Below, in pieces: positions 28,978 to 40,506 of a stretch of 64,000 nucleotides of DNA (positions are counted from its first letter, which is position 1; the number at the start of each line of letters is the position of its first letter). Position numbers and translations under genes: made by a program. The stretch spans positions 26,127 to 90,126 of the forward strand of contig JBBQEV010000002.1 of assembly GCA_038321325.1 (NCBI GenBank), read 5' to 3'. Under the pieces are notes generated by a model, which saw nothing but the letters and a program-made list of their open reading frames with translations, was not told the origin of the DNA and did no database searches. The DNA comes from Solirubrobacterales bacterium (GTDB taxonomy: Bacteria > Actinomycetota > Thermoleophilia > Solirubrobacterales > Solirubrobacteraceae).

Positions 28978-30393
28978 ATGCGCTTCGTCGGACGCGATCA
29001 CGACCTGCGGTTGCTTGACGAGCAGTATCGGCAGGTGGTCGAGTCCGGTGCCGGCGGGCTCGTCTCGATGCGTGGGCGCCGCCGGGTGGGCAAGTCCACG
29101 CTCATCGAGGAGTTCCTGCGGCAGGCCGACCTGCCGCACGTCTTCTTCGCCGCCTCACGCCAGAGCCTTGACCGAGAGCTCGAAATGTTCCTTGAGGAGC
29201 TCGCCGGAAGCGAGCTGGAGGCCGGCGGGAGCGTTCGCGGCGGCGTGACGCCGAGCACCTGGGAGGGCGCGCTGACGCTGATTGCCCAGACCGCCGACGC
29301 CGAGCGCCCCGCCGTCGTGGTCGTCGACGAGTTCCCATGGATGGTGGAGCAGGACGAGTCGATCGAGGCCGTCTTCCAGAAGGCATGGGACCGCCGGCTC
29401 AAGAAGGTCCCGATGCTGCTCATCCTCGTCGGCTCCGACCTGGCCATGATGGAGGCGCTCACGACATACGGGCGCCCGCTGTACGGGCGCCCGACGCGCG
29501 AGATGGTCGTCGACCCGCTGACGCCCGCCGAGATCGGCAACCTGTTGGGAGTCGACGCCGCGGCGGCGCTGGACGCCTACGCCACCATCGGCGGGTTCCC
29601 TCAGCTCGCCCTCGCCTGGCCGCCAGGCGCGCCCAGGGCGGACTTCGTCGCGCAGATGCTTCAGGACGCGCACTCCGCCTTCATCGTCAGCGGCGAGCGG
29701 TCGGTGACTGCCGAGTTCCCGCCGCAGACCAGCCCGCGCGCGGTGCTCTCGGCGATCGGCTCCGGCGAGACGGGCTTCAACCGCATCTCCCAGCGCGCCG
29801 GGATCGGCGCCTCGCAGCTAAGCGAGATCCTCGACGTGCTGGAGCAGAAGCGAGCGATCCGCAAGCTCATCCCGTTTGCCGGAAACGACAACTCCAAGGC
29901 CAAGCGCTACGTCGTCTCTGACCCGTACCTGCGGTTCTGGCTGCGTTTCATCGAGCCCAGCCTGGAGGTCGTCGAGCGAGGCCGCGGCCGGCTGGTCGCC
30001 GAGCGCGTGCAGGCCTCCTGGGCGGCCTACAGGGGCAAGGCGGTCGAGCCGATCGTGGCGGCGTCCCTCGAGCGGCTGCTCCCGGAGGAACGCTTCGGCG
30101 AGTCCCGCCACGTCGGCGGGTACTGGACACGCGACAACCAGGTCGAGGTCGACCTCGTCGGATCCCAGGAGGACCACAACCCCAAGCGGGCGACCATGGT
30201 CGGCACGATCAACTGGCGCGAGAACGACACCTTCGATCGCCACGACACCAAGGCGCTGCAGGACCATCGAGGCCGTGTGCCCCGCGCGGACTCCGACACC
30301 CTCCTGGTGGGCGTCTCCCGCCAGGGCTTCGACGCAAACCTGGGCCTCGATGTCCAACTGGGACCCGACGACGTCGTCGACGCCTGGCGCTGA
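28978..30393 (+). CDS. Archaeal-type AAA/STAND ATPase with wHTH and DUF234/PD-(D/E)XK-like C-terminus
   Basis: FVGR, GRRRVGKS, VDEFP, DPYLRFW and EVDLV...GTINW. Confidence 0.88.
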   Translation: MRFVGRDHDLRLLDEQYRQVVESGAGGLVSMRGRRRVGKSTLIEEFLRQADLPHVFFAASRQSLDRELEMFLEELAGSELEAGGSVRGGVTPSTWEGALTLIAQTADAERPAVVVVDEFPWMVEQDESIEAVFQKAWDRRLKKVPMLLILVGSDLAMMEALTTYGRPLYGRPTREMVVDPLTPAEIGNLLGVDAAAALDAYATIGGFPQLALAWPPGAPRADFVAQMLQDAHSAFIVSGERSVTAEFPPQTSPRAVLSAIGSGETGFNRISQRAGIGASQLSEILDVLEQKRAIRKLIPFAGNDNSKAKRYVVSDPYLRFWLRFIEPSLEVVERGRGRLVAERVQASWAAYRGKAVEPIVAASLERLLPEERFGESRHVGGYWTRDNQVEVDLVGSQEDHNPKRATMVGTINWRENDTFDRHDTKALQDHRGRVPRADSDTLLVGVSRQGFDANLGLDVQLGPDDVVDAWR

Positions 30394-30452
30394 GCCGCGC
30401 TGGCGTCCCTGTTCCCGACACGCTCGCCGTCAGTCCCCGAGCGCCGCCCAGA
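30394..30452 (+). repeat. Direct repeat, copy 2 (purL 3' end plus alkA 3' end)
   Basis: Matches 28807-28869; TAGTCG is replaced by AC. Confidence 0.9.
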
Positions 30453-31302
30453 GGTGCATCAGCGCGTAGGAGCGCCACGGGCGCCAGCGCTCCGCGCGCT
30501 CGGGCGCCGCGCCGATCCGGGCGAGGCCCTTGCGCACGCCGACGTCCGTCGGCAGCCACGCGTCCGGGTCGCCGAGCGCGCGCATCGCGACGTAGCCGGC
30601 GGTCCACGGTCCGATCCCCTTCAGCGCGAGCAGGCCTCTGCGCGCGGCCTCCAGATCGGCGCCGGGGTGCAGATCGAGCGTCCCGTCGGCGATCGCGGCG
30701 GTCGTGCGTGCGAGCGCGGCACTGCGGGCGCGCGGCATCGCGAACGCCCCCGAGCCCAGCGCCGCGATCGTCGCCGCGGCGGGGAAGAGGTGGGTGAGCG
30801 CGCCGTCGGGCTCCGCGAGCGGCGTCCCGTGGGCCGCCACCAGGCGGCCGGCGAGCGTCCGCGCCCCGGCGACGGAGACCTGCTGGCCGAGGATCGCCCG
30901 CGTGACGAGCTCCGTCGCCTCGACGTGTCCGGGCCGGCGCAGGCCCGGCCGGCGCGCGACCAGCGGAGCGAGCAGCGGGTCGGCGGCGAGGTGCGCGTCG
31001 ACGCGCTCGGGGTCGGCGTCGAGGTCGAGCAGGTGGCGGCAGGCGGCGACGGCGAGCGGCGCGTCGCCGGGGTCGGCGAGGTGCAGCGTGGCGCGGACGA
31101 CGTGCCCTGCGGCGCCCACCGCCCCCGGCGGGCCGCCGAGCTCGACGATCCCGGGCCCCCCCGGCAGCCGGAGCGTGCGGCGGTACACGCCCGCGGACGT
31201 CAGCTCCTCCACGCCGGTCACCGCCCGGGCGCCGAGGAACGCGAGCAGATCCTGCGCGTCGAGCGGCGGCCGGTAGGGCAGGAGGACCTCCACGCCGGGC
31301 AT
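30430..31302 (-). CDS. alkA: DNA-3-methyladenine glycosylase II
   Basis: AILGQQVSV, HhH motif LKGIGPWTA and WRPWRSYA. Confidence 0.9.
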   Translation of the reverse strand: MPGVEVLLPYRPPLDAQDLLAFLGARAVTGVEELTSAGVYRRTLRLPGGPGIVELGGPPGAVGAAGHVVRATLHLADPGDAPLAVAACRHLLDLDADPERVDAHLAADPLLAPLVARRPGLRRPGHVEATELVTRAILGQQVSVAGARTLAGRLVAAHGTPLAEPDGALTHLFPAAATIAALGSGAFAMPRARSAALARTTAAIADGTLDLHPGADLEAARRGLLALKGIGPWTAGYVAMRALGDPDAWLPTDVGVRKGLARIGAAPERAERWRPWRSYALMHLWAALGD

Positions 31303-31394
31303 CCTGTCGCAGGTTGCGGGGTGACGACACCGAGCCGCCCGATCCCGTTGCTACGTTGTCGTCGCTCGCCCGAAGCGCCCTGCGAGCCTCTCGA

Positions 31395-32876
31395 ATGGAC
31401 TCCACGCCGCCCGACCTCGACGTCCGTGACGGTCCCCGGGACGAGTGCGGCGTCTTCGGCGTCTACGGCCCCGGGCACGATGTCTCGCGGCTGGCCTGCT
31501 ACGCGCTCCAAGCGCTGCAGCACCGCGGGCAGGAGTCCGCGGGCATCGCGGCCTGCGACACCGGCGGCTACATCATCACCCAGCGCGATCTGGGCCTGGT
31601 CAACCAGGTCTTCAAGGAGCACGATCTCCGCGCTCTGGTCGGAGACCTGGCGATCGGGCACGTGCGCTATTCGACCACGGGCTCGAACGAGTGGGAGAAC
31701 ACGCAGCCCGTGCACCGCAGCGAGGGCTCGGGCGGCAACCGCCGGGAGCTCGCGCTCGCCCACAACGGCAACCTGATCAACGCGGTCGAGCTGCACGCGT
31801 CGCTGCGCGCGCAGGGCGTGTCGTTCACCTCCACCTCGGACTCGGAGATCATCGCCGCGGCCCTCTCCGCCCACCCGGCCGACACGATCGAGGACGCCGT
31901 CGCCGCCGTCGTCCCGACGCTGAAGGGCGCGTTCTCGACCGTCCTGATGACCAAGGACCGCGTCGTGGCCTTCCGCGACCCGGCCGGCATCCGCCCGCTC
32001 GTGCTCGGGCAGATCGGTGACCGCTACTGCGTCGCCAGTGAGTCCTGCGCGTTCGACCTCATCGGCGTGACGCGCCTGCGCGACGTGCGTCCCGGCGAGA
32101 TGGTCTCCCTCTCTGAGAACGGGCTGGAGTCGCGGATGGTCAGCGGCGGTGAGCGCGAAGCGTTCTGCGTCTTCGAGTACATCTACTTCGCCCGCCCCGA
32201 CTCGCGGATGAACGGGACCGTCCTGCAGGTCGCGCGCGGGCGCATGGGGGAGATCCTCGCCCGCGAGGCTCCCGCACCGAACGCCGACCTCGTCATCCCC
32301 GTGCCCGACTCCGGCGTCCCCGCCGCGCGCGGCTACGCCCGCGTCTCGGGCCTCCCGCAGGATGACGGGCTGATCAAGAACCGCTACGTCGGGCGAACGT
32401 TCATCCAGCCTGGGCAGGAGCTGCGCAAGCAAGGCCTGCGGCTGAAGTTCAACCCGCTGCCCGAGATCGTCGGCGGCAAGCGGCTCGTCGTCGTCGACGA
32501 CTCGATCGTCCGCGGCAACACCACACGGCAGATCGTGCAGATGCTCCGCGACGCGGGGGCGGCGGAGGTCCACATGCGGATCTCGGCGCCGCCGATCAAG
32601 AACCCGTGCCACTACGGCGTGGACATGAGCACCCGCGAGGAGATGGTCGCCCACGGCCGCAGCGTCGAGGAGATCGCGGCGCACCTGGGCTGCGATTCGC
32701 TCGCGTACCTGTCGATGGCCGGGGTATACGCAGCTGTGCGCGGCTCCGAGGACCGCCACTGCGACGCGTGCTTCACCGGCCGCTACCCGCTCGCGGGGAC
32801 GGTCGACGCGAACGACAAGTTCGCGTTCGAGCGGTCGCTGCCCGTGGTCTCCGCGGGCACCCCGACGACGGTCTAG
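31395..32876 (+). CDS. purF: Amidophosphoribosyltransferase
   Basis: ECGVFG, QHRGQESAG and VDDSIVRGNT. Confidence 0.96.
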   Translation: MDSTPPDLDVRDGPRDECGVFGVYGPGHDVSRLACYALQALQHRGQESAGIAACDTGGYIITQRDLGLVNQVFKEHDLRALVGDLAIGHVRYSTTGSNEWENTQPVHRSEGSGGNRRELALAHNGNLINAVELHASLRAQGVSFTSTSDSEIIAAALSAHPADTIEDAVAAVVPTLKGAFSTVLMTKDRVVAFRDPAGIRPLVLGQIGDRYCVASESCAFDLIGVTRLRDVRPGEMVSLSENGLESRMVSGGEREAFCVFEYIYFARPDSRMNGTVLQVARGRMGEILAREAPAPNADLVIPVPDSGVPAARGYARVSGLPQDDGLIKNRYVGRTFIQPGQELRKQGLRLKFNPLPEIVGGKRLVVVDDSIVRGNTTRQIVQMLRDAGAAEVHMRISAPPIKNPCHYGVDMSTREEMVAHGRSVEEIAAHLGCDSLAYLSMAGVYAAVRGSEDRHCDACFTGRYPLAGTVDANDKFAFERSLPVVSAGTPTTV

Positions 32877-32901
32877 ACGCCCGTCGAGGCGTCGTCCGCG
32901 A

Positions 32902-32921
32902 CGCCAGGAGACCTCCTGGCG
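32902..32921 (+). terminator. Hairpin downstream of purF
   Basis: CGCCAGGA-gacc-TCCTGGCG; no U-tract. Confidence 0.35.
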
Positions 32922-33033
32922 ACGGCGTGCTCTGCACCGGATCTGCGCAGCACCGTGGAGGAACTGCGCAGGCGCGGCGCGCACCCTGCGCCACGGGTCC
33001 CGGACGCCGAGAGCGCCGCTATGGTCGGCCGCC

Positions 33034-34856
<1,823 letters not shown>

Positions 34857-34860
<4 letters not shown>

Positions 34861-35507
34861 GGATCGGGGTGCTCGCGTCGGGGGAGGGGACGAACCTCCA
34901 GGCGCTCATCGACGGCGTCCACGGCACGCGCGTGGAGACGACCGCCGTCGCGGGCGAGCCCATCGAGATCGTCGCGGTCGCGTCCGACCGGGTCGCGGCC
35001 CCGGCGCTCATCCGGGCGCGTGACGCCCAGATCGCGACGGAGATCTTCCCGCCGGAGGGCTTCGCGAGCCGCCCGGCCCGCGACGCGGCGATCACCGCGT
35101 GGCTCGACCAGCGTGGCGTCGAGCTCGTCGTGCTCGCGGGGTACATGGCGCTGCTCGACGCCGTGTTCGTGCGGCACTGGGCCGGCCGCCTCGTCAACGT
35201 GCACCCGTCGCTCCTCCCCGCGTTTCCCGGGGTGCGCGCCATCGAGCAGGCCCTCGACTACGGCGTGGGGCTGTTCGGGGTGACGGTCCACCTCGTCGAC
35301 GAGGGCATCGACACGGGACCGGTGCTGTTGCAGCAGGCGGTCGCGTTGCCGGCCGCGCGGACACCGGAGGAGGTCCACGCCGCGCTGCGGCCCATCGAGC
35401 ACCGGCTCCTCTGCACCGTGGTGCGGGCCTTCGCGGCCGGGGCGGTCCGCCCGGACCCCGACCATCCGCGGCGCTGGACGGTCGGGGCGGGGGCAGGGGC
35501 CGGCTGA
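34857..35507 (+). CDS. purN: GAR transformylase
   Basis: ASGEGTNLQAL, NVHPSLLP and DTGP. Confidence 0.95.
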
Positions 35508-35538
35508 GGGTCGCCCCGCTCCTGCGGTGGACCCGCGC

Positions 35539-36000
35539 TCAGCCCTTGCGCAGCTGACCGCGTACGGCGCCGTCCGGGTAGGCCTCGTTGTGCAGGTTGA
35601 CGTAGAACGCGCTGGGCTTCGTCGCGATCTGCTTGGCGAGGGGGGCGGCGACGGTCACGCAGCGCTGGCGGACCAGCTTGCCCGTGAACAGCTTGATGAC
35701 GATCGGCCCGTCGGTGTCGGCCTTGCCGCGGTGGATGTGCCCACCGTCCGGCACGACCTGCGAGAGGCTGAGCGAGTAGCACAGGCGGGTGCCCGTGATG
35801 CGCACCGTCGCGGTGCCGCGGCCGTCCGCGTCGCCGGGCTTGGTCTCGTTGGAGCCCTTGAGTGCGGCCTTCAGGGCGGTGGTCGAGGCGGCGGGAGCGG
35901 TGGCGACGCCGGCGGTCAGCACGCACGCGGCACCCAGGACGGCACCGAGGGTGCCTCTCGTGGGCCTACGGCCGGCGACGATGCGGTGGGACGGGGACAT
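35539..36000 (-). CDS. Secreted CHRD-domain protein
   Basis: HIHRG, FYVNLH..YPDGAVRGQL and a signal peptide. Confidence 0.88.
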   Translation of the reverse strand: MSPSHRIVAGRRPTRGTLGAVLGAACVLTAGVATAPAASTTALKAALKGSNETKPGDADGRGTATVRITGTRLCYSLSLSQVVPDGGHIHRGKADTDGPIVIKLFTGKLVRQRCVTVAAPLAKQIATKPSAFYVNLHNEAYPDGAVRGQLRKG

Positions 36001-36093
36001 GGTTCCTCCGGTGTTCGGGTCCGAGGACGGCAGAGACTATGCGGCGCGGGATCGTCGCCGCGCCGGCGCAGGCTAGCCGGAAGCTTTGCCCAA

Positions 36094-36333
36094 CTAGCTC
36101 GGATCCGCGGGCTCCTCGCCCGCGCGGTCCTCGTCCTTCGACGCGTCATCGTCGCCCGCGCGGCCGGTGACCTCACCCTCCGCGAGGTCCCCCTCGCCGG
36201 CCACATCGTCGGCGATCGCCGCGTCCTCCTTGCGGGCCTCGAGCTTCTTCTCGGCGTCGGCGATGCGGTCTTCGAGCTTGTGGAGATCCTCCTCCATCGC
36301 GTCGGAGCGGTCCTCGATCTTCGGGTCGGGCAT
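36094..36333 (-). CDS. Small acidic hydrophilic protein
   Basis: 79-aa Asp/Glu-rich ORF (MPDPKIEDRS...). Confidence 0.65.
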   Translation of the reverse strand: MPDPKIEDRSDAMEEDLHKLEDRIADAEKKLEARKEDAAIADDVAGEGDLAEGEVTGRAGDDDASKDEDRAGEEPADPS

Positions 36334-36378
36334 ACCGTGAGCCTTCCCGCACCCGCCCCCGAATAAGCTCCGCGCGCG

Positions 36379-37971
36379 ATGTCGGACCCCGCCCCGCCCC
36401 GCCCCGCCGCGAACGCCCCGGGGGAGGTGCGCGTCGCGCGTGCGCTGATCTCCGTCTCGGACAAGCGCGGCATCGTGGACTTCGCGCGCGGCCTGGCCGA
36501 CCTCGGCGTCGAGCTCGTCTCGACGGGCGGCACGGCACGCGAGCTCGCCGCCGCCGGCTTGCCCGTCCGCGCCGTCGAGGACTTCACGGGCTTCCCGGAG
36601 ATCATGGACGGGCGCGTCAAGACGCTGCACCCCAAGCTCTACGCCGGGTTGCTGGCGGTCCGCGACAACCCCGAGCACCTCGACGCCGTCGCCGCGCACG
36701 GCGTCGAGTGGGTGGACCTCGTCTGCGTCAACCTTTACCCGTTCGAGCGCACCGCAGCGCGCCGCGGGGTCGCCGACGCCGAGGTCATCGAGGACATCGA
36801 CATCGGCGGCCCGACCATGATCCGCGCGGCGGCGAAGAACCACGCGTTCGCCGCCGTTGTCGTGCGGCCCGAGGCCTACGACGCGGTGCTCGAGGAGCTG
36901 CGCGACACGGGCGGCACGCTCTCGATGCCGACCCGTGAGGCGCTCGCCGCCGACGCCTTCGCGCTCACCGCGCGCTACGACACGGCGATCGCGCGCTGGT
37001 TCGCGGAGAAGAGCGAGGACTTCCCGCCGCTGTTCATCCGCGCGTACGAGAAGGTCACCGACCTCTCCTACGGGGAGAACCCGCACCAGCGCGCGGCCTA
37101 CTACCAGCAGGTGGGTGCGCGGTCGCACCTCATGGCGATGGTGCGCCAGCACCACGGCAAGCAGCTCTCGTTCAACAACCTGCTCGACCTCGAGAGCGCA
37201 CGCGCCGTCGCGCGCGACTTCGAGGTCCCGGCCTGCGCGATCATCAAGCACAACAACCCGTGCGGCGTGGCGCTGGGGACCAATCTCCTGACCGCCTACC
37301 AGCGTGCGTTCGCGTGCGACCCGCTGAGCGCGTTCGGCGGGGTCATCGTCCTCAACCGTGAGGTCGACGAGGCGCTCGCCCTCGCGCTGCACCAGCAGTT
37401 CGTCGAGGTGCTCCTCGCGCCGGGCTACACCGACGCGGCGCTCGCCGTGCTGACGCAGAAGCAGAACCTCCGCATCCTCCAGGACGACGAGAAGCGCCGT
37501 CCGGGCCCCGGCGAGCCGGCGGTCCGCCAGGTCCTGGGCGGCCTGCTCGTGCAGGACGCCGACGCCGTGCGCGACGACCGGGAGGCGATGGAGGTCGTGA
37601 CGCAGCGCCAGCCCACCGAGGCCGAATGGGGCGACCTGCTGTTCGCCTGGCGCGTCGCCAAGCACGTCAAGTCGAACGCGATCGTGCTCGCCAAGGACCT
37701 TGCGACGGTCGGGATCGGCGCGGGGCAGATGAGCCGCGTGGACTCCGTGCGCCTCTCGATCGAGAAGGCGCAGCCCGACTCGCTCGCCGGGACCGCGCTG
37801 GCCTCTGACGCGTTCTTCCCCTTCGCCGACGGGCCCGAGCTCGCGATCGCGGCCGGCGTGACGGCGGTCGTCCAGCCCGGCGGGTCGGTCCGCGACGACG
37901 AGGTGGTCGCCGCGGCCGACGACGCGGGGATCTCCATGGTGCTGACCCGGCGCCGGCACTTCCGTCACTAG
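36379..37971 (+). CDS. purH: AICAR transformylase / IMP cyclohydrolase
   Basis: RALISVSDK, GRVKTLHP, YGENPHQ, SDAFFPF and RHFRH. Confidence 0.97.
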   Translation: MSDPAPPRPAANAPGEVRVARALISVSDKRGIVDFARGLADLGVELVSTGGTARELAAAGLPVRAVEDFTGFPEIMDGRVKTLHPKLYAGLLAVRDNPEHLDAVAAHGVEWVDLVCVNLYPFERTAARRGVADAEVIEDIDIGGPTMIRAAAKNHAFAAVVVRPEAYDAVLEELRDTGGTLSMPTREALAADAFALTARYDTAIARWFAEKSEDFPPLFIRAYEKVTDLSYGENPHQRAAYYQQVGARSHLMAMVRQHHGKQLSFNNLLDLESARAVARDFEVPACAIIKHNNPCGVALGTNLLTAYQRAFACDPLSAFGGVIVLNREVDEALALALHQQFVEVLLAPGYTDAALAVLTQKQNLRILQDDEKRRPGPGEPAVRQVLGGLLVQDADAVRDDREAMEVVTQRQPTEAEWGDLLFAWRVAKHVKSNAIVLAKDLATVGIGAGQMSRVDSVRLSIEKAQPDSLAGTALASDAFFPFADGPELAIAAGVTAVVQPGGSVRDDEVVAAADDAGISMVLTRRRHFRH

Positions 37972-38381
37972 TGGTCGAGCGCTTCGGATCCGGCGGGCAC
38001 TACGAGGCGCTCGTGGGGTACTCGCGGACGGTCCGCGCCGGGGACCTCGTCCTCGTCTCGGGCTGCACCGCCACGGGCGCGGACGGCGTGGTCCTCGGCC
38101 CGGGCGACCCGGCGGCGCAGGCCAAGGAGACGCTCGACGCGTGCGAGCGTGGGCTCGCGCTGGCGGGGGCCACCCTCGCCGACGTCGTTCGCACCCGCGT
38201 GTACCTGACCGACATCGGACACTGGGAGATCGTTGGTCGGGCGCACGCGGCGCGCTTCGGGGCGATCCGCCCGGTGATGACGATGCTCGCGGTCGTCTCG
38301 CTCCTCGACCCGGGATTGCTCGTGGAGATTGAGGTCGAGGCGTACCGCCCGCGGACGGCCGCGGGGCCTCCCCGACCCTGA
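37971..38381 (+). CDS. RidA/YjgF family protein
   Basis: GYSRTVRAG..VSG and LVEIEVEA. Confidence 0.88.
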   Translation: MVERFGSGGHYEALVGYSRTVRAGDLVLVSGCTATGADGVVLGPGDPAAQAKETLDACERGLALAGATLADVVRTRVYLTDIGHWEIVGRAHAARFGAIRPVMTMLAVVSLLDPGLLVEIEVEAYRPRTAAGPPRP

Positions 38382-38405
38382 AGTCCGGCAGGTGCAGGCG
38401 CGTTC

Positions 38406-40082
38406 GTGCCGTCCGATCCGATGCCCAGGATGCCTTCCTCCGTGCCCGCCTCGACCCTCCCGTCCCGGACCGGCCTGCGCGCCTGGCAAGTCGCCGCGCT
38501 GGGCGCGATGGAGCAGTGGCGCGGCGGCTCGTTCCTCGTGTCGGCGGCGCCCGGCGCGGGCAAGACGCGGCCCGCGATCGAGGTCGCCAAGCGGCTCCTG
38601 CGCGAGCGGAGCATCACCCGGGTCGTGCTCGTCTGCCCGACGACGCCGCTGACCCGGCAGTGGGCGCTGGCCGGCGGGCGCCTGGGCCTCCATCTCATGC
38701 CCGACGCCGACGGGCCGCGGCCGCCGAAGGACTTCGCGGGCGTCGCGGTCACCTACGCGCGGATCGCGAGCGACCCACAGGCGTGGGGGCGGGCGTGCAC
38801 GCCTCAGACGCTGGTGATCGCCGACGAGGCTCACCACCTCGGCGAGGAGCTCGCGTGGGGTGAGAGCTTCACCGAGGCTTTCAAGGCCGCGGGCCGGTGG
38901 TTGCTGCTCTCGGGCACGCCGTTCCGCTCCGACGCGACGCCGATTCCGGGCGTCGTCTACGACCGCGCCGGCGTCTGCGTCCCGGACGTCTCCTACTCCT
39001 ACGCCGACGCGGTGAAGGAGCGCGTCTGCCGCCCCGTCGCGTTCGTCACCTACGACGGCACCCTGTCGTGGCGCTCGGGCGACGACGTCATCGAGGCCGG
39101 GTTCGACACGGTGCTCACCGGTCGGGAGGCCGGCCGCCGCTACCGCACCGCGATCTCCACCGAACTCCCCGACGGCCTTCCGCGCATCCTGCGCGAGGCC
39201 CACGCGAAGCTCACCGCCGTCCGCGCCGACGGTCACCGCGACGCGGGGGGCCTCGTGATCGCCGCCGACGGGAGCCACGCGCGGCAGGTCGCGAAGCTGC
39301 TGCACGACGTCACGGGCAAGGCGCCGACCATCGTGCTCCACACCGAGGCCGCGGCCGCGAAGACGCTTCAGGCGTTCACCGCCAGTCGCGACGAGTGGAT
39401 CGTCGCGGTCAACATGGTCTCCGAGGGTGTCGACATCCCGCGTCTGCGCGTCGGCGTCTACGCGACGGCCGCCAAGACGCCGCTCATCTTCCGCCAGATC
39501 GTCGGGCGCTTCGTCCGCACGATCCCCGGCCGCCTCCAGGAGCCCTCGTGGCTCTACCTCCCGGCCGACCCGACGCTGCGCGGGCACGCCGCCGACATCG
39601 AGACCGAGCTGCGTCACGTCCTGCGGCTGCGCACCGCCGAGGACGAGGAGGCGTGGGACGAGGAGCCGCGCGAGCGCAAGGAGCCCGACGACCCGAGCGG
39701 GCCCCTCGAGTTCGTGCCGCTGGCGGCGGACGTCGCCCCGCAGATGGCCCTCTTCGGCCCGCCACCCGGCGCGGCGGGCGGCCCGGTCGCGCCGAAGGTC
39801 GTCGCGCCTCGCTCGTTCCCGAGCGCCGTGGACGCCTCGGGCGCCCCGGTCCCGAAGCCCGAACGCCCGGGCCTGACCGCCTTCGAGCGCCGCGCGCTGC
39901 TGCGCGACAAGCGCCACACGCTCGTCTCCGAGCTGCGCCGCCGCGACGGGCGCCCCCAGCGCGAGATCAACGCCTGGCTCAACCGCGAGGTCGGCCTGAC
40001 GAAGGTCGCCGACGCGACCATCGCGCAGCTCGAGCGGAGCTGCGAGCTGCTGCTCGACGAGCTCACGGGGGTCCGTCGTTGA
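38406..40082 (+). CDS. SF2 DEAD/DEAH helicase (SSL2/ResIII-like)
   Basis: LRAWQ, PGAGKT, DEAHH, LSGTPFR and QIVGRFVR. Confidence 0.88.
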   Translation: MPSDPMPRMPSSVPASTLPSRTGLRAWQVAALGAMEQWRGGSFLVSAAPGAGKTRPAIEVAKRLLRERSITRVVLVCPTTPLTRQWALAGGRLGLHLMPDADGPRPPKDFAGVAVTYARIASDPQAWGRACTPQTLVIADEAHHLGEELAWGESFTEAFKAAGRWLLLSGTPFRSDATPIPGVVYDRAGVCVPDVSYSYADAVKERVCRPVAFVTYDGTLSWRSGDDVIEAGFDTVLTGREAGRRYRTAISTELPDGLPRILREAHAKLTAVRADGHRDAGGLVIAADGSHARQVAKLLHDVTGKAPTIVLHTEAAAAKTLQAFTASRDEWIVAVNMVSEGVDIPRLRVGVYATAAKTPLIFRQIVGRFVRTIPGRLQEPSWLYLPADPTLRGHAADIETELRHVLRLRTAEDEEAWDEEPRERKEPDDPSGPLEFVPLAADVAPQMALFGPPPGAAGGPVAPKVVAPRSFPSAVDASGAPVPKPERPGLTAFERRALLRDKRHTLVSELRRRDGRPQREINAWLNREVGLTKVADATIAQLERSCELLLDELTGVRR

Positions 40083-40090
40083 GGGTCAGA

Positions 40091-40163
40091 TGGGTCGCCC
40101 GGGATTCGAACCCGGATCCTCCGGCTTAAAAGGCCGATGTGTTGACCGTTACACCAGCGACCC
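40091..40163 (-). tRNA. tRNA-Lys(TTT)
   Basis: GGGTCGCT...CTTTTAA...GGTTCGAATCC...GCGACCCA; CCA not encoded. Confidence 0.92.
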
Positions 40164-40196
40164 GCGGCCCTCCGCCAATCCCGCGCGGACGGTCGA

Positions 40197-40269
40197 TACC
40201 CCCAGCGGGGCTCGAACCCGCGATCTCCTCCTTGAAAGGGAGGCGTCCTGACCACTAGACCATGGGGGC
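40197..40269 (-). tRNA. tRNA-Glu(TTC)
   Basis: GCCCCCATGGTCTAGTGG...CTTTCAA...GGTTCGAGCC. Confidence 0.93.
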
Positions 40270-40313
40270 CAGCCTGAAGCAGCATAGGCGCCGACGGGCC
40301 GGTCGCCCGATCC

Positions 40314-40440
40314 GGACCGGCGCAATCCTTACTGCCGCCCAAGGGCCCGCTTACGGGCGGTTGAGGTTGAGCTTGCACACTGCCCCCACGTCGCTCGACC
40401 CCCGCGACGTCTCCCAGAGGCTGGCGTTTGCTCGTCGGCC
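40314..40440. ncRNA. Candidate structured RNA (unassigned)
   Basis: Outer stem plus internal hairpins at 40327-40366 and 40388-40410, in a non-coding gap. Confidence 0.3.
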
Positions 40441-40454
40441 GCCCCGCACCGCTT

Positions 40455-40497
40455 CGCCCGGCCCGCCGCTTCCTCCCTACCGAAAGCGGGCCGGGCG
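40455..40497 (-). terminator. 12-bp GC hairpin downstream of the SDR gene
   Basis: CGCCCGGCCCGC ... GCGGGCCGGGCG. Confidence 0.5.
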
Positions 40498-40506
40498 CAG
40501 CACCTT

